A program made the position numbers and the translations under genes. From the sequence record LC768500.1: 64,000 nucleotides of DNA; one strand, written 5' to 3'. A model generated the notes under the pieces. The model saw nothing but the letters and a program-made list of their open reading frames with translations. It did no database searches and had not been told where the DNA came from. Positions 57,897 to 64,000 of this stretch are shown here, piece after piece (positions within the stretch are counted from its first letter, which is position 1; every line of letters starts with the position of its first letter).

Positions 57897-59033
57897 ATGT
57901 TTATTTCTAAACGAGGTAAACTCCGGCTCTATAAAGAGGACGTGGAGTTAGTTAATCGCACCTTTGGTTGTCGGAGATTTGTATGGAATCAATTATTGGG
58001 TTTACACAAAGAGCGATATGAAAAATGGAAGGAAAATAATAACTTAGAAAAACCCACAGTTTCTATTTCTGCATTGAGAGAAGATTTTAAACGTATTAGA
58101 TCGGAGCATTCTTGGTTAAATGAAGTAAGTTCTGTTGCTTTATATGAGACCATTACTGATCTTTATAATGCCTTTCAACGCTTCTTCAATAATCAATCCG
58201 GTTACCCTAAGTTTAAATCTAAGAGAGGCGCGCAGACTTTTCGTATCACCTCTAGGGTCAACCTGCGGGTCGAGGGTAATATGGTTAGGTTACCCAAATC
58301 CAATTGTTATTCGATATTCTCTAAAAATACTGTCTTAAATGATCCTTCTTCTTATACCGTTACTAGGGATAGCGTAGGCGATTATTTCATCTCTTTCGTA
58401 GACCAAATTGATGAGATAGAGCCAGAACCCGAAAGTAAGGGCAAACATGTAGGGATCGATTTAGGAATTAAATCCTTAGCGATTGTTAAACCTAGTAAGG
58501 GAGAACCTTGGGAATTAATCAACCCTAGAACGTATACGAAATATCAAAAACGCAGAACGACGCTACAACGCCGTTTAATGAAAAAGAAGAAAGGGAGTAA
58601 AAACAGAAACAAAGCTAGAATTAAATTAGCGAAGTTAGAACGTAAAGTTGCTAATATTCGTAAAGATCTTTTACACAAATTTACGACTACACTGATTAAA
58701 GAAAACCAAATGATCAGTATCGAAGATTTAAATGTAAAAGGGATGTTAAAAAACCATAGCTTGGCTAAACATATTCAGGATTGTTCTTTTGGTACAATTA
58801 GAACGATGCTGGAATATAAAGCTAAACGTTATACTCGAAATAAAACGATCACCATCGTTAATCGGTTCTTTGCAAGCACTCAACTTTGTTCTCAGTGCGG
58901 TGTTCTCCCTAAAGAGCGTATCGGACTTAAAATCAGGAACTGGGTATGTTGGAACTGCGGCACTAAACACGATAGAGATATTAACGCTGCTACGAATATC
59001 CTTAACCAAGGATTACGTTTAACAACCTCCTAG
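57897..59033 (+). CDS. tnpB: TnpB RNA-guided endonuclease (IS200/IS605 OrfB family), no adjacent TnpA
   Basis: N-terminal RTFGCRRFVWN; RuvC-I VGIDLG, RuvC-II IEDL, zinc finger CSQCG...CWNCG, RuvC-III DRDINAA; all three catalytic residues intact. Confidence 0.93.
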   Translation: MFISKRGKLRLYKEDVELVNRTFGCRRFVWNQLLGLHKERYEKWKENNNLEKPTVSISALREDFKRIRSEHSWLNEVSSVALYETITDLYNAFQRFFNNQSGYPKFKSKRGAQTFRITSRVNLRVEGNMVRLPKSNCYSIFSKNTVLNDPSSYTVTRDSVGDYFISFVDQIDEIEPEPESKGKHVGIDLGIKSLAIVKPSKGEPWELINPRTYTKYQKRRTTLQRRLMKKKKGSKNRNKARIKLAKLERKVANIRKDLLHKFTTTLIKENQMISIEDLNVKGMLKNHSLAKHIQDCSFGTIRTMLEYKAKRYTRNKTITIVNRFFASTQLCSQCGVLPKERIGLKIRNWVCWNCGTKHDRDINAATNILNQGLRLTTS

Positions 59034-59305
59034 GTTAAGGGTATTTATTACCCTTGGTCTGAGGGGAAGTTAAGCCTGTGGAGACAAGTTGCAGTAAGGA
59101 CTTTCTATGAAGCAGGAAGTTGAAATATACAAGACATCTTACACTCACCCATGCAACCTGGAGAGAAACCCCGACTGAACAAAGTTGTTTATTCCTTCTC
59201 AGGGGAATAAACAGTTCGTCGGCTAAAGACATAGGATGTTTTATGATCAGTAAAGAAATACGATAATCTAAACTTATTAGTTCAAACACTGTAATCTAGG
59301 AGATA
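59034..59305 (+). ncRNA. TnpB omega-RNA scaffold plus putative guide
   Basis: conserved scaffold signature GCCTGTGGAG...TCTATGAAGCAGGAA; several G-U-containing stems; probable scaffold end TAGTTCAA at 59278-59285; exact boundaries uncertain. Confidence 0.7.
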
Positions 59306-59308
59306 ACC

Positions 59309-59425
59309 ATGAATATCGTAATGCCACTAAAGCTACTCGGAGGGTTACTTATCCTGGGAGTGGGTTTTGGATTACTGGTTTATCTCATCGTTAAACTCTC
59401 TGTTAAAATGGCGTATAAGAAATGA
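59309..59425 (+). CDS. 38-aa single-TM micro-protein (not in the ORF track)
   Basis: MNIVMPLKLLGGLLILGVGFGLLVYLIVKLSVKMAYKK; AGGAG RBS; ATGA overlap with the next gene. Confidence 0.65.
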   Translation: MNIVMPLKLLGGLLILGVGFGLLVYLIVKLSVKMAYKK

Positions 59426-59889
59426 GTGAAGAAGAGTTATCATTAGGTTATATTTCAGTTAAAGTCATTCCCACTCAGGAAGACATTCTTAAAGATAAGG
59501 TGTTGGATGCGGGATGTCTTCCGTTAGATGAAGGGGCATATCACGCTACTCTTATTTTTGATATTCATCAAGATGGCGTGATCCCTAACGTACCTATGAT
59601 CCCTGAAAAGATCTTCGAGGGAAAGGTTATTGGAATCAAGGAACTCGGAGAGCGTAAAGGAGATATTATCTCAGCCGTTGTACTCGAACTGGATTCTCCT
59701 GAATTGACAGAAGAGCATGATCGGTTAATACAATGTGGGTATGGTCATTCCTATCCGGATTACATCCCCCATATTTCGCTCGCTTACAAGGTCACAGAAG
59801 AGCAAATGGAAGATCTCAAACGACAGTGTGAGTCGCTTATTGGTAAAACGTTCTACTTATCCGGAGAGAGCATCGACTGGATAGATTAA
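59422..59889 (+). CDS. acb1: Acb1-like 2H phosphodiesterase (anti-CBASS; T4 gp57B family)
   Basis: two HxT/S motifs (YHATL, PHISL); VVLELDSPELTEEH...YGHSYPDYIPHISLAY pattern; C-terminal DW; 155 aa. Confidence 0.82.
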   Translation: MSEEELSLGYISVKVIPTQEDILKDKVLDAGCLPLDEGAYHATLIFDIHQDGVIPNVPMIPEKIFEGKVIGIKELGERKGDIISAVVLELDSPELTEEHDRLIQCGYGHSYPDYIPHISLAYKVTEEQMEDLKRQCESLIGKTFYLSGESIDWID

Positions 59890-59902
59890 GAGGTAAAGGG
59901 GT

Positions 59903-60331
59903 ATGTCTGATAAACTTACTGTATCACTTTTTAAGCTTATAAAAAACCATACTGGGTTAACGTTAAAGGAAGGCGAATTCTCTTTAACGGGAGAAAGACC
60001 CTTTTGGTTCAGAATACCTCCTTTCTCCCTTAACCCCAGTTCAAGAGATAGATTGAGAGATCTCTTTCAAGATAACTTTGATGTGACTGTAGTTGATTAT
60101 GTCGACGATTACCAGATCATATTCAGCCAAATTGAACCAACAACTTCTCGTCGTATAAAACGAGTCAGGAACATCCTAGATGTGTTAGAAAGAGAGTACG
60201 GTAGAAACTGTCTCAGACCAGAAACTGGTAGAATCTTGAGCGGATATTACTCTACTCATAAAGACAGAATAGAACAGGAAGAACTTGCTTATAATAAAAA
60301 GATTTTAAATGAAGCTTTACGACGACGTTAA
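59903..60331 (+). CDS. hypothetical protein between Acb1-like and Tad2-like genes
   Basis: 142 aa, GAGGT RBS. Confidence 0.65.
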   Translation: MSDKLTVSLFKLIKNHTGLTLKEGEFSLTGERPFWFRIPPFSLNPSSRDRLRDLFQDNFDVTVVDYVDDYQIIFSQIEPTTSRRIKRVRNILDVLEREYGRNCLRPETGRILSGYYSTHKDRIEQEELAYNKKILNEALRRR

Positions 60332-60372
60332 TCTTATGCAATATTTTTAATCTTAAAACGTGGGGTGGGTAA

Positions 60373-60696
60373 ATGACGTACGATGAAGTCGAGAAATATC
60401 TGGAAATGGGAGAGGCTATCTCTAAGGGTAGTTGGAAAGCTAACGAAGCGGTTTATTTAGAGCCGACGACGTTACTTAATCCAGCGCACTATCCTGAGTG
60501 TTTAAAGGCCGCGGGTATTAACTCCCTTTTGAGAGTCGATCGACATTTAGTGCGTGTTACCGCGAGTAACACTGTTGAGCGTTTTATTCCCAACATTGTA
60601 GAAAGAAAAGAAAACGATTGGTACGTTAAGAGTTATACCTTCGAACAAAATAAAGCATTGCCAGAACATAATCAAACCCAAGAAGAAGCTGCATAA
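60373..60696 (+). CDS. divergent DUF2829/Tad2-like signal-sponge protein
   Basis: MTYDEV..YLEMGEAISKGSW (cf. M[ST]F.EA...LK.G..V.R.GW) and RVTASN...FIPNIVERKENDW (cf. KTADN...WVPSQTD.LAEDW); reference pattern recalled, not searched. Confidence 0.62.
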   Translation: MTYDEVEKYLEMGEAISKGSWKANEAVYLEPTTLLNPAHYPECLKAAGINSLLRVDRHLVRVTASNTVERFIPNIVERKENDWYVKSYTFEQNKALPEHNQTQEEAA

Positions 60697-60725
60697 TAAC
60701 ACCCCCCCCCCTACACTTAGATTTT

Positions 60726-60755
60726 AACCAGGAGAGGCTTACGCCTCTCCTGGTT
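60726..60755 (+). terminator. intrinsic terminator
   Basis: AACCAGGAGAGGC-ttac-GCCTCTCCTGGTT, 13 bp, then TATTTT. Confidence 0.8.
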
Positions 60756-60772
60756 TATTTTACTTGTATTCT

Positions 60773-60790
60773 TTTTTGGATCGATATTAT
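60773..60790 (+). promoter_or_regulatory. putative phage early promoter
   Basis: TTTTTGGATC-GATATTAT. Confidence 0.5.
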
Positions 60791-60829
60791 TTATGTGTAA
60801 ACCTCAATAACTTTTTAGGAATCAACATC

Positions 60830-61045
60830 ATGAATGGTCTTTTTGGAACAGGTTGCTTGTTGTTAGGTGCTGCGGTGTATTTCTTCCTGAAGTACCTGGA
60901 ACTGCGTAAAGATTTTAAAGAGAATAAGATTAAAGACAAGGGTCGGGCGTCTGGGTATAAAAATGCCTATTTCTCTTTAACCATTTGCGTTTTGGGTCTG
61001 GGCGTCTTTTTAATGGTTAATGGGACTCTGTTGGAGATCAGATAA
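60830..61045 (+). CDS. small two-TM membrane protein
   Basis: start moved to ATG 60830 (AGGA RBS); two hydrophobic segments around a Lys-rich loop. Confidence 0.65.
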   Translation: MNGLFGTGCLLLGAAVYFFLKYLELRKDFKENKIKDKGRASGYKNAYFSLTICVLGLGVFLMVNGTLLEIR

Positions 61046-61512
61046 TGGATATCGTTATGCTGACCGACGCAGAAACAGTTTTGGATGTCGTCGATGCAGA
61101 GGAATACTATCTTCCTACGGGAATTATGCGGCATTGGATACAGATGGCTATCCGAAGAGGGCCTGGGCATTGTAGGGCATTTTGGTTTGAAGGTGGGATC
61201 TTTGTTTTGACCAAAATACCCTTAACAGGTAGTAATACATGGAACGCTTCGATTTGGATTTCTGAAGATTACAGGCGAAAAGGACTGGCCAAGCGAATAA
61301 CAGTTTTGGCTTTGGATATGTTCAGACTGGCTAACGCGACTCTACGTTTCCATCCTTGGGATCAGCGTAGCGTTGCATTCTTTTCTAATTTGGTTAACGA
61401 GGGATTGTTGACCGGGAAGAATTTTGGGGATATTGGGTCCAGACGTCTTTTATCGTCTGAACTCCTTAAAGATCCGGAAACCTTTACATCCCAGCGCGTT
61501 GAGCTGGTTTAA
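61045..61512 (+). CDS. GNAT-family N-acetyltransferase
   Basis: acetyl-CoA-binding motif A IWISEDYRRKGLAKRI and motif-B-like HPWDQRSVAFF; TAATG overlap. Confidence 0.7.
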   Translation: MDIVMLTDAETVLDVVDAEEYYLPTGIMRHWIQMAIRRGPGHCRAFWFEGGIFVLTKIPLTGSNTWNASIWISEDYRRKGLAKRITVLALDMFRLANATLRFHPWDQRSVAFFSNLVNEGLLTGKNFGDIGSRRLLSSELLKDPETFTSQRVELV

Positions 61513-61536
61513 TCTTTCATAGTAAGAGGTAATAAA

Positions 61537-61917
61537 ATGGACCGTAACGAATTAGCGATTATTCTCATCGATCAACTTAACAAATTCCTTTACCCTAAAC
61601 TTGAGAAAACCAATATGACGAAATTTTGTCTATTGGGAACGCTGAGCCTTGAGGTCGTCACCGGTCAGTTTTATGATCATAAAACATGCGTGGGGTCGGA
61701 GGATATCCTTGCATTGCTCAAAGAGCACGGGATTAACGACGATGGATTCTTAAGCGTAGAAAAACGACTATCGGCCTTTGGCGATATTCTGACTTCCTAT
61801 TCTTATAGAGTTCTAGGGGATCGTTATGGTGATGCTTTTGTTACCGTGAATTTCAATTTGAATTTAACCAATCTTAACATGCTTGAGTTCGCTAATGAAC
61901 TCGCGCGCTACGAATAA
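61537..61917 (+). CDS. hypothetical protein
   Basis: 126 aa, GAGGT RBS. Confidence 0.65.
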   Translation: MDRNELAIILIDQLNKFLYPKLEKTNMTKFCLLGTLSLEVVTGQFYDHKTCVGSEDILALLKEHGINDDGFLSVEKRLSAFGDILTSYSYRVLGDRYGDAFVTVNFNLNLTNLNMLEFANELARYE

Positions 61918-61962
61918 ATCATAATCCCGTCAATTTATTTTATACTTTTAGGAAACGCCATC

Positions 61963-62853
61963 ATGAACATCAATCAACTGCCAGAGAATCATCACGTCAT
62001 TTCTTCTATGGTCAATCCGTTTGACCCTAACGAAGAATTGTTCTTCGTTACCCATCCTCGTGTAAATACTTACTTGGATCTCGACGTCTGGTTCTGTGAT
62101 ATGGGTACCGGGGATATGAGAGTTGTCGAACCCTACGGCAAAGTGTCCGACGTTCGGTTATTTCCCCATATGGAAAAACACGTGTCCGACAATTCGGTTG
62201 AGTTTCTTTACCCCACAGTGATCACCCCTCTTAGTCTCCGAGAAACAGTTCTAAAAGTAGAGGATATCCTCGCTGGTGATAAACTTAATCCATTTCCATT
62301 ATCTGGAAGCGGGGCTGATCCGATGAGTGGATGGCGCTCAGACCCCCACGGAGTGAAAAGGAATATTCAAAAATTACCAGACGCTCTTGATTTATTAACC
62401 GATGAACAGCAAGAAAATTCTTTCCCTCTCGAAAGTCTTAACACCAGTAAAGCTCTTCATCACCCTTCCCCAGAAGAAATATCTGATGGGGCTAATAAGG
62501 AGTACGAGGCGAGGAAAGCAGCTTTGAAAGAACTGCTGGAAAGCGGAGGTGAGATTAAACCAATTCCGAAAACGGTTTACTACACTAAAGAGTTTTCTGA
62601 TGCTTTAGAGGACGTCCGCGCTGAACAGAGAGAGGCGACCGACCAACAAAGTTCCAAAATCCCCACTGAGTCTAGCGTAACCGTGACTGACCTTGGTGAC
62701 GGATTTTCAAGGATAGAAAAAACAATCGGGGGAAGAACCTTGGTAAGTTACGATGAAAAGGCTCACATTCCTTTTCCAAGAAAGCGCAAGCCCAAGAAAC
62801 CCAACCATAATCTTAACGCGATCATGGGTTTGTTAGCGAGGGCCAAGAAGTGA
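61963..62853 (+). CDS. hypothetical protein with basic C-terminus
   Basis: 296 aa, AGGA RBS; ends RKRKPKKPNHNLNAIMGLLARAKK. Confidence 0.65.
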   Translation: MNINQLPENHHVISSMVNPFDPNEELFFVTHPRVNTYLDLDVWFCDMGTGDMRVVEPYGKVSDVRLFPHMEKHVSDNSVEFLYPTVITPLSLRETVLKVEDILAGDKLNPFPLSGSGADPMSGWRSDPHGVKRNIQKLPDALDLLTDEQQENSFPLESLNTSKALHHPSPEEISDGANKEYEARKAALKELLESGGEIKPIPKTVYYTKEFSDALEDVRAEQREATDQQSSKIPTESSVTVTDLGDGFSRIEKTIGGRTLVSYDEKAHIPFPRKRKPKKPNHNLNAIMGLLARAKK

Positions 62854-63224
62854 CAGAAATGTATCAGAGTTGGGTCACTGAGTTTAAAAAATCGGTCAGC
62901 GAGCTCAAAGAAGTCGAATCGGCCGGCTACGGCAAATATCGTTTAGGCGTGCAGGATCCGCCAGGAAAGCCCTACGTCCTGGTAGAAGTAAAAACCTCCG
63001 ATTGTGCATACACGCCCAACTATTCGTTGGACCTTGTGAAAACGATTAAGATTCCAAAACCTAAAGGGTTGAGGTTATCGGTAGAACGTCGTATTCGGTT
63101 AGTGGGATATCTTTTAGAAATCGGCGTGTTTAATTTACTCACTCAGGCCGAATGGGGGATGATCTTTAATGTCTCTCGTGGATCCATTTGGCATTATAAG
63201 AAACAGAACGAGGAATTACTATGA
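62850..63224 (+). CDS. hypothetical protein with C-terminal HTH-like motif (paralog of 63538..63903)
   Basis: LTQAEWGMIFNVSRGSIWHYKK; GTGA overlap. Confidence 0.6.
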   Translation: MTEMYQSWVTEFKKSVSELKEVESAGYGKYRLGVQDPPGKPYVLVEVKTSDCAYTPNYSLDLVKTIKIPKPKGLRLSVERRIRLVGYLLEIGVFNLLTQAEWGMIFNVSRGSIWHYKKQNEELL

Positions 63225-63535
63225 AGATTTATGCTGTAGTTAGTAAGGAAACTGATAATGTGATCGCTCAGTTTCTCGATCACGGGACGGAGAAAGTCAA
63301 GTTCAACGGGATCAAATTGGGGATCTTGGATCAACAGGTTCATCCAGATGAAAGAGAACTGCTGAAAGTCGTAGAGGTTTATCTTTCATCTTCAAAGGGA
63401 AAGATGGATCAGACGAAACAACTCGATTCCGACACGTTTATTGTTGAGAGCCTCAGTTATTATGAGGAGGTTGATTTTGTCTATCTATCTCGTAACCCTG
63501 AGCGTGACATCGCTCTGTGCACACCAAAGGAATAA
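63221..63535 (+). CDS. hypothetical protein
   Basis: 104 aa, GAGGA RBS, ATGA overlap. Confidence 0.65.
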   Translation: MKIYAVVSKETDNVIAQFLDHGTEKVKFNGIKLGILDQQVHPDERELLKVVEVYLSSSKGKMDQTKQLDSDTFIVESLSYYEEVDFVYLSRNPERDIALCTPKE

Positions 63536-63537
63536 CG

Positions 63538-63903
63538 ATGCCCGAGATTGTAACCGCTTTTAGTGCTTGGGAATCGAAGTTCGTTTCCAGTTTAAATGAA
63601 ATGGAAAATTTTCTGAAGACTCCGCCCGAACACACCAAAATCGAATCGACGATCAAAGGGACCAAACACGGTGTTTGGATTACGTTACTTTATTTCAAAG
63701 ACCGGGACGTTGTTCTAGGTAGAAGTTTCTCTATCACCAAGTGTCCCATCTACGTTGCGAATAACGTTGTGAGAACCAAACTGATTCGTCATATCGCGGA
63801 CCGTGGATTAGAGTCAATTGTTTCGATGACTCGGTGGGGCAATATCTTAGGAATGAGTTCCGCTACCACCATCCGTTCTTTTAAAGAAGTTAAAACTCAA
63901 TAA
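63538..63903 (+). CDS. hypothetical protein with C-terminal HTH-like motif (paralog of 62850..63224)
   Basis: start moved to ATG 63538 (AAGGA RBS); VSMTRWGNILGMSSATTIRSFKE. Confidence 0.6.
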   Translation: MPEIVTAFSAWESKFVSSLNEMENFLKTPPEHTKIESTIKGTKHGVWITLLYFKDRDVVLGRSFSITKCPIYVANNVVRTKLIRHIADRGLESIVSMTRWGNILGMSSATTIRSFKEVKTQ

Positions 63904-63934
63904 CCTTTCAATACCTTTATTTAGGAAAAATATC

Positions 63935-64000
63935 ATGGGCAAACATTTTGCAGAAGATTTTAAATTAATGCTAGATCTTCACCAGCGCGTACCAGTTGAA
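63935..64000 (+). CDS. 5' fragment of a CDS truncated by the window end
   Basis: AGGA RBS, then ATG GGC AAA... open to the end of the window. Confidence 0.5.
   Translation, partial: MGKHFAEDFKLMLDLHQRVPVE

Noticed and set aside
59035-59289. 84-aa minus-strand ORF over the omega-RNA
   Set aside because: It has no RBS or motif and coincides with the structured RNA, which explains the region better.
57534-59310. CRISPR or mini-array associated with the TnpB (Cas12f-like system)
   Set aside because: No direct repeats with spacers were found on either side; the downstream RNA has TnpB omega-RNA signatures.
946-63665. Many short antisense or nested ORFs in the track (e.g. 5633..6124, 20061..20564, 37374..37856, 42693..43142)
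   Set aside because: They are fully shadowed by longer genes with RBSs, motifs and coupling, and have no independent support.
1-64000. tRNA genes
   Set aside because: No cloverleaf with T-loop GTTCRA and D-loop signatures was seen in any intergenic interval; tRNAscan-SE would confirm.

Overview
This is a 64-kb segment of a phiKZ-like jumbo myovirus (Chimalliviridae-type gene content; chimallin itself is not in this window). Codon usage and the tailspike suggest an enterobacterial host. Positions ~1-47 kb hold the conserved core: virion structural genes, DnaB-like helicase, major capsid protein, non-virion RNA polymerase beta N-terminal subunit, portal, RuvC, overlapping spanin pair, a depolymerase-type tailspike, three large paralogous tail-fibre proteins, baseplate spike and SbcC/Rad50. 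Accessory cassettes are inserted into this core: a secreted protein, a free-standing HNH endonuclease and three tandem glycine-zipper membrane proteins. Positions ~47-64 kb are accessory/early: a signal-peptide lytic transglycosylase, HAD hydrolase, NAD-dependent DNA ligase, RNase HI, an orphan HslU-like ATPase and many small membrane proteins. This part also contains a transposase-less, catalytically intact TnpB with an enlarged omega-RNA, behind a phage early-promoter motif. Directly downstream lies an anti-defence cluster (Acb1-like phosphodiesterase, divergent Tad2/DUF2829-like protein, GNAT). A recurrent early-promoter motif (T-rich...C-[T/G]ATAT[T/C/G]A[T/C], 7 copies) and a family of long, sequence-related terminator hairpins punctuate the window. 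No tRNA or CRISPR array was seen. All homology calls come from motif recognition by eye; no database search was run.
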